Part shown: positions 37,807 through 47,277 of the stretch, piece after piece
Layout of the letters: each line of letters begins with the position of its first letter
How positions within the stretch are numbered: position 1 is the first letter of the stretch
Source of the DNA: Patescibacteria group bacterium
Lineage (GTDB): Bacteria > Patescibacteriota > Microgenomatia > UBA1406 > HO2-37-13b
Assembly: GCA_035289305.1 (NCBI GenBank)
Contig: DATDXN010000016.1
Span: forward strand, 18,315 to 82,314
Reading direction: 5' to 3'
DNA length: 64,000 nucleotides
The notes under the pieces: generated by a model
Database searches by the model: none
The model's input: only the letters and a program-made list of their open reading frames with translations
Told to the model about the DNA's origin: nothing
Program-made: the position numbers and the translations under genes

Positions 37807-40410
37807 TTAAGAACCGAAAACTACCGCAACACGGAAGCCGATGTAACCGCCCGAGGTCCCAGGCCGATCCCAATCGGCGTTCCCAGCACCACCGAGGTCA
37901 GAGCGACCAACCAGGAGACGGCGCGAACCACCGGACTCACGATATTCATCTTCTACCCACTCATAGGTATTAGTCTGTCCCCATCCTTCACGATTACCCA
38001 ATAAATTCCATTCTAAAGCTCTTAATAGTCGCATATCTGCTCTACCTACCAAACCAACGGTGGAGAGCACATCAGAGGTGATCCTCTGTATACCGTCTTG
38101 AGCAGTATTCCAGGTGATTTTGAATCTGTCAGAAAAACCAAGCATGGTAGTAATAGGGGTTTGGGCATAGTGGTTGCCAAAAGCTGGTTTCTCAAGGGTT
38201 TCAACAGCCATCCATTGTCCCGGCAAGGTTGGGAAATTGATTTTGTCTGCCTTTACCTCTTTCCAATACCACTTCATCAAGTTTCTTACCTTCGTGTGGT
38301 CAGCTTTGTCTGTATCTGATAATGACTCATATGGCTTCCAGTTGGGGTAATGAACATTTAATTCTTGTAAATACTCCTCAACGCTTTTATTGCGTAAGCT
38401 GCTTTGCAGTAAATCGAGCTTTGGGATAAAACGTAAAATCATACCAAGATCTTCTAATTTTCTCTTTACTTCTGGAGTAACATCAGCAGGGAGCGGCGCA
38501 ATATCTACGTGAGTACCCAATATATCCTGCCAAGCTCTTTGCTCGGCAACTTGTATTTCCGACACGGCCTCTTGCCTTCCTGCTCCTGTATCGACAGTAT
38601 CTCCCATTGGATCTTCATTACCGAGCGCTACCTCTCCTGCCATTTCCGAAGGAAGAATATAACTCTTGTCTTGATGAGGAATTTCAACCTGTATATCGGC
38701 CGTTGTGTCGGTGATTAGACCAAAAGCACGAAAGATTTTTTGTAGAGTTCGTCTCTCTTCTGGAACACTCATCGTTTTGGGATCCGTGACAAACTCACGA
38801 AGTTTATCGCTCATATAATGAGCAAAGTTTTGTCCTCTGGCAGAAGCCAGTTCCCATTCACCAAAGAGTTTAAAGAGCGTCCCTGGGTCAAGAAAATTGG
38901 TATTCAACGTTGTATCAGTGTTTCTTTGAGCATCAATGCCAAGAAGAGTCCTCATTTTTGTCGAAAAACCTTCAAAGTCGCGGTTGTGAATCCTTTGCAT
39001 CATTTCTGCAGCTTTAGTCAATTGTTCAACATATTTAACCTCATTCTGGCTCAGTTTTAATACTCCGCTTTCTGAAATTAACTTTGCCCGGATAATATCA
39101 TTCATCTCAGAAGCAGGCATATAACTTACTTCAACTCCTGTTAACTCACGAAGGATTGCAGGATCCATTTCTTCACGCTGCTTGGTCCTTTCATCTTTGG
39201 GATTTCCTGTAAAAACTTCAATAAAATTATTGGTTACATCAAAAACCTGTCCGTTAAAGCCGGGTATCTGGATCCGGTCCCCTGCACGGGCACCCATCAT
39301 GAATTTTGCAGCTAGTTGTGTTCTGGTTGAACCCCCGGTGTATTCCTCATGAATAACACCCACACCTCTTTCCAATGCTTTGGGTACAGGTCCTGGTTTC
39401 ATACCGCTCTGCACACCACCTAGTTCATCAGTCCATAACTCCCTGTACCCGAAAAGGTCGCGGGGAGTTGTGCCTTCATGCCAGTTAATAAGCTCATAGC
39501 CGCCTGTAAGATTGTTAAGAGCATAAAAAGCTAATTGTGTTTTACCTGTACCGGTTGAACCAACAAGAAAAATCTTTTTTCCTGCCAGTGCCTCACGGGT
39601 AATACGGTCAATCAGATGTTCTCTGGAGAGAGTCATGACAAAACCTTTCTCCTGAAGCTGTCTTTTATACTCCAATAACTTCTGCGTTTCAAGATAACCA
39701 AGAGTAGCAGGGGAGGCTGTGCCTTCAATACCTTTTTTTTGTTGTTCCAGTTCATCTAATTTACCCTGGAAAAAAGAGGTCTGATCGACTGAACTTTGAG
39801 TCAGCTTCCCGTGTTGTTGCTTATCTTCCAGATATCTTTTATACATTGCCTTCTTAAGCTTTCTGGTAACTCTGTCAATATCCCGGACCTGTCGTAGGGA
39901 TCGACGAGCTGCGTGATAGCGAGGCAACTCTTCATTGAATTCTTTTTCAAATCTGTCTCTTACTTGGGAACTTGCCAACAGTGCTGAGAGTCTGTGTTCA
40001 ATTTGCTTATGACGTTGCCCACCCTGGAGCTTATCTACATCTGGTTTGAGATGTAAAACCTCGTCAAGCTGGGTTTCCAGCTCCTCCAGTCCGCTTTTTT
40101 TACGGGGAATTTCTCTCCCATTTCCCGGTACACCCTCGGCGGTTAAATCAACATCTTTTATTTCAGCTATATCAGAAGAAGAGGGAAGGTAATATTCTTC
40201 CAGGTACCCTAATACTGCAAAACACTTATTTTGGATCTCTGCTTCAGATAACTCAGTTTGAGCAGCAGGCTGGGCTTTAGGGGAAATAAACCTTTTCCAG
40301 ACTAGAGGAGACAGGCGCTGGCGTGCTAATGGAGTAATCAACCAATCAGGAGCCGATGTTCTTGTGGGCAATAGTGTATCTGTTGCTTCCGCCATAAGTC
40401 TCTCTATCAT
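37807..40410 (-). CDS. DGR target protein: cytoplasmic P-loop (AAA+/MoxR-like) ATPase with a C-terminal C-type-lectin/FGE-fold variable domain
   Basis: Walker A KIFLVGSTGTGKTQLA. C-terminus ...YRESGGSRRLLVGRSDLGGAGNADWDRPGTSGGYIGFRVAVVFGS carries the variable repeat. No signal peptide or TM helix. Confidence 0.75.
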   Translation of the reverse strand: MIERLMAEATDTLLPTRTSAPDWLITPLARQRLSPLVWKRFISPKAQPAAQTELSEAEIQNKCFAVLGYLEEYYLPSSSDIAEIKDVDLTAEGVPGNGREIPRKKSGLEELETQLDEVLHLKPDVDKLQGGQRHKQIEHRLSALLASSQVRDRFEKEFNEELPRYHAARRSLRQVRDIDRVTRKLKKAMYKRYLEDKQQHGKLTQSSVDQTSFFQGKLDELEQQKKGIEGTASPATLGYLETQKLLEYKRQLQEKGFVMTLSREHLIDRITREALAGKKIFLVGSTGTGKTQLAFYALNNLTGGYELINWHEGTTPRDLFGYRELWTDELGGVQSGMKPGPVPKALERGVGVIHEEYTGGSTRTQLAAKFMMGARAGDRIQIPGFNGQVFDVTNNFIEVFTGNPKDERTKQREEMDPAILRELTGVEVSYMPASEMNDIIRAKLISESGVLKLSQNEVKYVEQLTKAAEMMQRIHNRDFEGFSTKMRTLLGIDAQRNTDTTLNTNFLDPGTLFKLFGEWELASARGQNFAHYMSDKLREFVTDPKTMSVPEERRTLQKIFRAFGLITDTTADIQVEIPHQDKSYILPSEMAGEVALGNEDPMGDTVDTGAGRQEAVSEIQVAEQRAWQDILGTHVDIAPLPADVTPEVKRKLEDLGMILRFIPKLDLLQSSLRNKSVEEYLQELNVHYPNWKPYESLSDTDKADHTKVRNLMKWYWKEVKADKINFPTLPGQWMAVETLEKPAFGNHYAQTPITTMLGFSDRFKITWNTAQDGIQRITSDVLSTVGLVGRADMRLLRALEWNLLGNREGWGQTNTYEWVEDEYRESGGSRRLLVGRSDLGGAGNADWDRPGTSGGYIGFRVAVVFGS
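37821..37941 (-). repeat. DGR variable repeat (VR) at the 3' end of the target gene
   Basis: 17 mismatches against the TR across 121 bp. 15 are at positions where the TR coding strand has A; the other 2 are non-A changes, one near the 3' (IMH-like) end. Confidence 0.8.
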
Positions 40411-40444
40411 TATACCAGATTTTTATAGTTGTTAACTACTGGCA

Positions 40445-43102
40445 CTATAGTTTTGATAATTGTTTCATTAATAATTTATGTCTTACCAGAGTGGCTTCCC
40501 TCACGTCATCAATTACAACTGCTGTATCCGGGTCTGCCGGATCATGGCAGACAATTTTAATATCCTGCGCCTCGCTTCCAAATCCTATACCTTGCACTAC
40601 AACACCGGCTGCCCGAAGCTCTTTAATTTCGTTGATACATCCGGCCTGATCGTCTACATCACCGTCTGAAACAACAGTCAAAACTTTCGCATAACCTCCT
40701 TTTTTAATCTTTTGTAAAGTGGCAGGATCCAGTGCTTCCCGATATTGTTTTAATGATTCACGAAGACCTCTTGATGACTGATTATGTGATTTTAACACAC
40801 CGTCAAGCTCAACAAGACCTCTTTCAGTAATAAAATCTGTGGATTCTTGGGCAACAGAAGTCCAATCACCAAATACTGCCACTCTTGATTTAACTGCCAA
40901 AGGTGTAGTCATACATCCTCTGTATCGGGAAAGTCCCAGTCGTTCATTAAGATTTTTAATGTTATATTCACTGCTTAGCACCATCTTCCGCTGTTCATCA
41001 GCAGGCAGGCCGCTCATTGACCCGGAAATATCCAGAATAAAATCATCTTCAAAAACAGAAACTTCTACTCGTTCTTTTTGTCTTACGTGTGACATCTGGT
41101 ACCCCAAAGGGTCATCCTCGTACGAACGAATATCGACAAATGCTGTCACAGAATCATCCAAAATTTCACCTTCGCTCTGTCTCACAGGACCTTTATATAC
41201 CTGCTGGGGAATTTCCCTGCGTTTATAAAGTAAATCAAATAACTGTCGCCATTCATCGTATATGGTACTTTGTCTGTGACTGATACTGGACTGCGCAGGA
41301 ACTGGAGTTCTGTTGACCCCGTTAATCCAGGTTTCCAGCTGATGCCACTGCTCCCATGCAATTCCTTTTTCCTGCTCAAACTGCTTGGCAGCTAATTCTT
41401 CCGGAGTGGGAGGTTGAATTGTTTGTTGATCTTGTTGAGAAAATTCTTGGTACAATTTTTCTATTTCCTCTTGGCTTAATTCAGATTGACCAACTAAAGA
41501 TTCTCCAAAATCCCCTTCAAGAGGTTCCTGATCACTATCCTGTTCTTCCTGCTTATCCTGTTTTTTTGCAGGTGTGGCATCCATACCTTTATGTATCCAT
41601 ATTTCCTTATCGGGATCCCAAACCTCTCCCCAGGCATGTTTATCCATTCCTTTAGCCTCAACAATTGCAAAATCAAAACGAGGATCTTTACTCCCTACAT
41701 AAGACCCTGTTGCAATACGGGAAGCAATCCTTATCCTTTTACACAGTTCATCCCGAAAAATATTTGCCCAGTAACAGTGGGCAATCCCTGTCTCGGTCAT
41801 TTTAGTCCAGAGTTCCTGTGGGAATACAGATAAATACAGGGAATCAATTTGACCTATTTCTGCAGCATCTTCCGGGTAACGAAACTTTTTACGGACATAG
41901 AGAGCAATTTCTCGTGCTTTTTGAACATCATTCATCCAATTTTGAGAAGATAATTCATCAAGGAACTCCTGTGTCTGTGGATCAACAGCTCCTCCCACAG
42001 GGATAAGATCACGATCACTAGGGGAAACATTGAGTTGATTAGATTGTGTTTCAGTCAGAACAAAATCGAATGAAAATTTTCCTGATGCTGCTTGTCTTTG
42101 TGTTCTGGGGTCAAGATAAACAATACCAAGATCATCTCTCATAAAGTGGAGTGAGTTAGCTGGCTGGAGCGTAGAAACTAATGGCAGAGTTCCATAAGGA
42201 AGTTTAACAAGAACTTCCTGTCCTGGTTGTATAACCCCTTCATACGTCCTTTTGGTTTTCCACACCGATTCATCTTCAGGAGCCTCATCAATATCCCACG
42301 ATTGTTTCATGCCTGATTCCTTAACAATTTGCCTTGTGCTTGGATCGTAGCGACATACCTGTTCTCTATAGTAGCCCCCGTAAAAAGGAGTAACTCTAAC
42401 AGCAATATCTGCCTCCTGAATAGGTTCTTTATCGTCGTTGATATCTTGAGTTTGAAATGGTCGATATTCAAACTTTTGAGATTGACCTGTTTGTCTATCA
42501 GTAGCAGCGAGTTCATCAATAAGAGGTTTCAAATGAGTTGCAAAATTTTGCCCGTCAAATCGAAAGTGACGACCACAGGCGATATAATCAACTAAACTTT
42601 GACCTCGGGACTTTGGGATTTTCTTGACCGCTTGAGTTACTGCATCTGAAAGGTGGTCTGGATATCTACCTGTTAGTACGTATGTATCAAGCGCCCATTG
42701 AAATTCTTGAACAAGCGTTTGATTTTGAGAATTAATGGGTTGATCACGAAGGATATCAGGGTTACTTTCTTTCAATCTTGCTAATCCTTGCCATCTAAGG
42801 ATTGGCTCACTGGCTTCGGGATAATCACGAATTGTTTGTAACAAGATACTTGCATCTTTTCGAATTGCTTGGGTGAGTCCCAAATGACCAGCCACCTGTC
42901 GCAAAGTTGCTATGCGCGCCTGGTCTTCGTTTTGAAATAAAGTCGTATTAACGCGCAGTTTTTGGTGACCTTCTGACCAAGCCATTCTCGCGCCTGTTTT
43001 TCTGGATAACACTACTACATCGCCATATACTTTTCTTCCTTCTTCGTGAGGAATTAAAGCACTTTCAACTGATGTGATCCCGACAGACTGTCTTTCATCC
43101 AT
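40445..43102 (-). CDS. Transglutaminase-like cysteine-protease domain plus C-terminal von Willebrand factor A (VWA) domain protein
   Basis: TGase-like GIAHCYWANIFRDELCKRIRIASR and HAWGEVWDPDKEIWIHKGMDATP (Cys-His-Asp). VWA MIDAS motif DISGSMSG...TVVSDGDVDD. The start is taken at MDERQ (43100-43102), because the longer ORF would overlap the divergent rmlD-like gene. Confidence 0.65.
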   Translation of the reverse strand: MDERQSVGITSVESALIPHEEGRKVYGDVVVLSRKTGARMAWSEGHQKLRVNTTLFQNEDQARIATLRQVAGHLGLTQAIRKDASILLQTIRDYPEASEPILRWQGLARLKESNPDILRDQPINSQNQTLVQEFQWALDTYVLTGRYPDHLSDAVTQAVKKIPKSRGQSLVDYIACGRHFRFDGQNFATHLKPLIDELAATDRQTGQSQKFEYRPFQTQDINDDKEPIQEADIAVRVTPFYGGYYREQVCRYDPSTRQIVKESGMKQSWDIDEAPEDESVWKTKRTYEGVIQPGQEVLVKLPYGTLPLVSTLQPANSLHFMRDDLGIVYLDPRTQRQAASGKFSFDFVLTETQSNQLNVSPSDRDLIPVGGAVDPQTQEFLDELSSQNWMNDVQKAREIALYVRKKFRYPEDAAEIGQIDSLYLSVFPQELWTKMTETGIAHCYWANIFRDELCKRIRIASRIATGSYVGSKDPRFDFAIVEAKGMDKHAWGEVWDPDKEIWIHKGMDATPAKKQDKQEEQDSDQEPLEGDFGESLVGQSELSQEEIEKLYQEFSQQDQQTIQPPTPEELAAKQFEQEKGIAWEQWHQLETWINGVNRTPVPAQSSISHRQSTIYDEWRQLFDLLYKRREIPQQVYKGPVRQSEGEILDDSVTAFVDIRSYEDDPLGYQMSHVRQKERVEVSVFEDDFILDISGSMSGLPADEQRKMVLSSEYNIKNLNERLGLSRYRGCMTTPLAVKSRVAVFGDWTSVAQESTDFITERGLVELDGVLKSHNQSSRGLRESLKQYREALDPATLQKIKKGGYAKVLTVVSDGDVDDQAGCINEIKELRAAGVVVQGIGFGSEAQDIKIVCHDPADPDTAVVIDDVREATLVRHKLLMKQLSKL

Positions 43103-43151
43103 AATTGTCAAAATTTTTTGTGTACAGTATATAAACAGTATATAATATGTT

Positions 43152-44006
43152 ATGAATAAAAAAATGGTAGTGGCGGCGACGGGTCTTGATGGACTCGTGG
43201 GATCACGAGTGAGAGAACTACTTGAGGATAAAATACAGTTCATACCTCTACCCAAAGAAATCATTGATATAACGAAAAAAGATTCGGTAAAACAGGCTTT
43301 ACAGTCAATTGACTTTGATATATTTCTGCATCTTGCAGCGTATACCAATGTAGACCTTGCGGAAAAAGAAAAAAGTCTAGCGTGGAGCGTTAATGTTGCG
43401 GGAACAAAAAATGTATTTGAAGTAGTTTCATCGCGTGAAAAAAAAATGATATACATCTCCACAGACTTCGTGTTTGATGGAGAAAACGCGCCATTTACCG
43501 AAGATTCTCCTCCCCGTCCCATCTCGCACTATGGCATGACGAAATATGAAGGAGAGAAAATCGTCAAAGATCATGCAATGATTGTCCGTTTCAGCTACCC
43601 TTATCGAGCATACTATGAGCCAAAAAAAGATATTGTGCGATCAATTCTTGCTGCTTTGAAAGACAAAAAACACATACAGGGAGTCGTTGATCAAATAATC
43701 ACGTTTACCTTCATTGACGATATTGCGCATGCACTACACTATCTTTTTCTCAACTATGCGCCTGAAATCTATCATGTTGTCGGAAAAGATAGTTTATCAG
43801 CCTATGATGCAATTATGACTATAGCTAAAGTTTTTGAGCTTGATACTTCTCTCGTCTCAAAAACGACATATGATGAGTTTTATAAAGGTAAAGCAAAACG
43901 TCCCAAAAAAGGAATTGTGAAATCAAAGAAAAATGTTTTTTACCCGATGAAAAGTTTAAAGGAAGGTTTAATGGAGATTAAAAAACAAAATTGTCTTTTA
44001 AAGTAA
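43152..44006 (+). CDS. dTDP-4-dehydrorhamnose reductase-like (RmlD family) NAD(P)-dependent sugar reductase
   Basis: The 284-aa ORF has the HYGMTK catalytic YxxxK region and is short-chain Rossmann-like. Confidence 0.7.
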   Translation: MNKKMVVAATGLDGLVGSRVRELLEDKIQFIPLPKEIIDITKKDSVKQALQSIDFDIFLHLAAYTNVDLAEKEKSLAWSVNVAGTKNVFEVVSSREKKMIYISTDFVFDGENAPFTEDSPPRPISHYGMTKYEGEKIVKDHAMIVRFSYPYRAYYEPKKDIVRSILAALKDKKHIQGVVDQIITFTFIDDIAHALHYLFLNYAPEIYHVVGKDSLSAYDAIMTIAKVFELDTSLVSKTTYDEFYKGKAKRPKKGIVKSKKNVFYPMKSLKEGLMEIKKQNCLLK

Positions 44007-44028
44007 ATTAGTATATGATACACCCATT

Positions 44029-45333
44029 ATGACGATAACATTCATAGGGCATGGTTATGTGGGGCTGGTATCGGCATGTGTGTTTGCGTCCCTTGGCAAT
44101 ACCGTCTATGTCATCGGAAGAAATGAGGAGAAAATAAAAAAACTTCAACAAGGTAATCCGATCATTTTCGAGCCAGGTCTTGCGGAACTGCTGAAAAAAA
44201 ATATTGAAGCGAAGAGAATTTTTTTCACGACTTCATATACGCATGCTACTCCCACATCACAAATAGTATTTATCGCAGTGGGAACTCCCGCAAAAACCGA
44301 TGGTGAAGCTGACTTGACTGCCGTCAATAAAACAGCACAACACATTGCCCGCCATTTGGGTAAACAGTATACAGTTATCTCCTGCAAAAGCACTGTTCCT
44401 ATCGGCACGAATAGAAAGATATATGAACTTGTCAAAAAAAACGCTCCTTCATATGCAAAATTTGATGTTGCCTCATGCCCGGAATTTTTAAGAGAGGGAT
44501 CAGCTCTTGAAGATAGTTTTAATCCTGATCGAATTGTGATTGGATCTTCATCAAAAAAAGCTCTATCTTTCCTACTTGACCTTCACAAGCCCATTGAGGG
44601 AAAACGAGTCATGGTAAACCTCGAATCGGCAGAGATCATCAAATATGCATCAAACTCCATTTTGGCTACGAAAATTTCCTTTGCCAATCTTATATCTTTT
44701 TTATGTGAAAAAACAGGAGCCGATGTAGTTGAAGTGTTGGACGGCGTTGGCCTTGACAATCGCATTGGGCGGATGTTTTTGAGTCCCGGCATTGGATACG
44801 GCGGCAGTTGTTTCCCGAAAGATTTGAGAAGCCTCATCCAAACAGGCGAATCACTGGATATCGATATGTCGCTTTTGAGAGAAGTTGAAGAGATAAACAA
44901 ACAAGCAAAAGAACGCATGCTTTCAAAAATCATCAAAAATTGCCCCGGAAAAATCGTCACGATCTGGGGTCTCGCCTTTAAACCAAATACCGACGATGTG
45001 CGAGAGGCTCCCTCGCTTTTTATCATCACAGAACTGCTCCAACGTGGTTTTGAAGTAAAAGTGTATGATCCTGAAGCAATGGACAATATAAAAAAAATTT
45101 TTGGTGACAAACTCATGTACTATAAGAATCCCTATGAGGCGGTGAAAAATACACATTTACTTGCTATTTTGACTGAATGGAATGAATTTAAACAAATAGA
45201 TTTGCAAAAAGTGAAAAAGACAATGAAGAAGTCAATTGTGGTTGACGGAAGAAATCTCTATGATCCCAAAAATATGGTACAATGTGATTTTACTTATATT
45301 CCTACGGGAAGAACGCCGTATCAAGATATATAA
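44029..45333 (+). CDS. ugd: UDP-glucose/GDP-mannose 6-dehydrogenase family (UDP-glucose 6-dehydrogenase likely)
   Basis: N-terminal GHGYVGL Rossmann fold and a catalytic GYGGSCFPKD Cys. 434 aa. Confidence 0.85.
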   Translation: MTITFIGHGYVGLVSACVFASLGNTVYVIGRNEEKIKKLQQGNPIIFEPGLAELLKKNIEAKRIFFTTSYTHATPTSQIVFIAVGTPAKTDGEADLTAVNKTAQHIARHLGKQYTVISCKSTVPIGTNRKIYELVKKNAPSYAKFDVASCPEFLREGSALEDSFNPDRIVIGSSSKKALSFLLDLHKPIEGKRVMVNLESAEIIKYASNSILATKISFANLISFLCEKTGADVVEVLDGVGLDNRIGRMFLSPGIGYGGSCFPKDLRSLIQTGESLDIDMSLLREVEEINKQAKERMLSKIIKNCPGKIVTIWGLAFKPNTDDVREAPSLFIITELLQRGFEVKVYDPEAMDNIKKIFGDKLMYYKNPYEAVKNTHLLAILTEWNEFKQIDLQKVKKTMKKSIVVDGRNLYDPKNMVQCDFTYIPTGRTPYQDI

Positions 45334-45356
45334 ATTTTTACACATTTCAAAAGACC

Positions 45357-46319
45357 ATGAAAAAACAAAAAAAAGCATTGATAACGGGTATCACAGGATT
45401 TGCAGGAAGTCATCTTGCCGAGTTTTTACTTGACAAAGGACTTGTCATACATGGAATGGTGAGGTGGAGATCTGAAAGAAGCAACATCCAGTCAATTAAA
45501 AAGAAATTGTTTCTCCATGAGGCAGATTTGCTTGATGCACACTCGCTGTATACGGTCATAGAAACGATAAAACCTGATTACATTTTCCATTTAGCTGCCC
45601 AGTCTTTTGTCAAATCTTCGTGGGCATCTCCCGCACACACCATTGAAGTAAACATGGTAGGATCGACAAACCTTTTTGAGGCAGTGCGGCGCTGTCATTT
45701 TCCCACAGTCATTCAGATTGCGTGCTCCTCTGAAGAATACGGTAAAGTGTATCCAGAGGAAACACCCATAAAAGAGACTAATGCTCTTCGACCGCTTTCC
45801 CCCTATGGAGTGTCAAAACTAGGTATGGATTATCTGGGTTATCAGTATTACGAAAGCTACGGCCTGAAAATTATACGGACACGAGGTTTTAATCACACAG
45901 GCCCACGCAGGGGCGAGGTATTTGCCGAAAGCACTTTTGCCAAACAAATAGCAGAAATTGAAAAAGGGAAAAGAGAACCAATAGTTTCCGTCGGTAATTT
46001 GGATGCAGAGCGCGATTATACAGACGTTCGAGACATGGTGCGGGCTTATTATCTAGCAGCACAAAAATGCACCCCTGGAGAGGTATACAATATCTGCACC
46101 GGTAAAACGTGGAAGATCAAAAAAGTGCTTGACTTCCTTCTTTCGCAATCAAAAGTGAAAATAACGATGCAAAAAGACCCCAATCGCATGAGACCATCTG
46201 ATGTCCTGCTTCTGTCGGGAGATAATAGTAAATTTGTGAAAGCGACAGGATGGAAACCGCAGATTTCTTTTGAGCAGACACTCACTGATCTTCTGAATTA
46301 TTGGAGAGAAAAGGTGTAA
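45357..46319 (+). CDS. GDP-mannose 4,6-dehydratase family enzyme (Gmd/Rmd-like NAD-dependent epimerase/dehydratase)
   Basis: ALITGITGFAGSHLAEFLL, RPLSPYGVSKL and FNHTGPRRG. The C-terminal half resembles Rmd. Confidence 0.7.
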   Translation: MKKQKKALITGITGFAGSHLAEFLLDKGLVIHGMVRWRSERSNIQSIKKKLFLHEADLLDAHSLYTVIETIKPDYIFHLAAQSFVKSSWASPAHTIEVNMVGSTNLFEAVRRCHFPTVIQIACSSEEYGKVYPEETPIKETNALRPLSPYGVSKLGMDYLGYQYYESYGLKIIRTRGFNHTGPRRGEVFAESTFAKQIAEIEKGKREPIVSVGNLDAERDYTDVRDMVRAYYLAAQKCTPGEVYNICTGKTWKIKKVLDFLLSQSKVKITMQKDPNRMRPSDVLLLSGDNSKFVKATGWKPQISFEQTLTDLLNYWREKV

Positions 46320-46323
46320 AGGT

Positions 46324-47277
46324 ATGAAAAGAGTCTTAATCACCGGAGGAGCAGGTTTTGTAGGCTCCCACCTGGTTGATGCTTTTCTTGGAAAAAAGTA
46401 TTGCGTGTGGGTTATTGACAATCTTATCACCGGCTCTTTGAGAAATATTGCGGAAGCACGAAAGAACAAGCATTTTCATTTTGTGCAGGATGACCTTATC
46501 ACCATGGATCTTGAGGGGAAACTCGAAGCTCGGCGATTTGATCTAGTGTACCACCTCGCTTCTCCTGCCTCCCCGAAACAATATTTTACCTATCCTCTTG
46601 AAACCCTTTTGGTAAACTCCTATGGTACGCACCGACTCATGGAGTATTTTAAGAATACAAAAAGCGGCCATTTTATCTATGCCTCTACATCAGAAGTATA
46701 TGGGGACCCATTAGTCCATCCCCAAGTTGAACAGTACTGGGGAAACGTCAATCCTGTTGGGGAACGTGCATGTTATGACGAAGGAAAAAGATGCGGAGAA
46801 ACTTTCTGTACGATCTATAGTAAAAAATATGACCAACATATTACAATCGTTCGAATCTTTAACACATACGGACCCCGTATGGAAAAAGATGATGGGAGAG
46901 TTATTTCCAACTTCATCACACAAGCACTCAAGAGCGGTGAAATAACGATCTACGGAGATGGTCATCAAACTCGTTCATTTTGTTTTGTATCAGATCTTGT
47001 GGAGGGATTATATCGTGCAGGAAACATAGATGAGAACGGGGTGATCATGAATTTAGGAAACCCAACAGAAAAGAAGATTATCGATATTGCGCTGCTTATC
47101 AAGAAATTAACCCATTCACATTCAGCTATCGTATACAAAGAAAAACGCACTGACGATCCTCAAAAAAGGAAACCAGACATCACCAGAGCACAACGTCTTC
47201 TTTTCTGGTCTCCTCACGTTGACCTTGAAACGGGACTGACATTAACTATCACCTATTTTAAATCGCTCATCTCATGA
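46324..47277 (+). CDS. UDP-glucuronate decarboxylase (UDP-xylose synthase)
   Basis: ITGGAGFVGSHL, TSEVYGDPLVHPQVEQYWGNVNPVGERACYDEGKR. Adjacent to ugd. Confidence 0.8.
   Translation: MKRVLITGGAGFVGSHLVDAFLGKKYCVWVIDNLITGSLRNIAEARKNKHFHFVQDDLITMDLEGKLEARRFDLVYHLASPASPKQYFTYPLETLLVNSYGTHRLMEYFKNTKSGHFIYASTSEVYGDPLVHPQVEQYWGNVNPVGERACYDEGKRCGETFCTIYSKKYDQHITIVRIFNTYGPRMEKDDGRVISNFITQALKSGEITIYGDGHQTRSFCFVSDLVEGLYRAGNIDENGVIMNLGNPTEKKIIDIALLIKKLTHSHSAIVYKEKRTDDPQKRKPDITRAQRLLFWSPHVDLETGLTLTITYFKSLIS

Noticed and set aside
37200-43100. Possible compositional (GC) shift over the DGR/VWA region, suggesting horizontal acquisition
   Set aside because: Spot counts of 60-nt lines gave 33-45% GC inside the region, against 35-40% outside. 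That is not distinguishable by eye. Sliding-window GC and codon-usage statistics are needed.
43103-43522. N-terminal 140-codon extension of the VWA-protein ORF
   Set aside because: The extension would overlap the divergent rmlD-like gene by about 370 nt and is low-complexity. The internal Met at 43100-43102 gives a sensible start.
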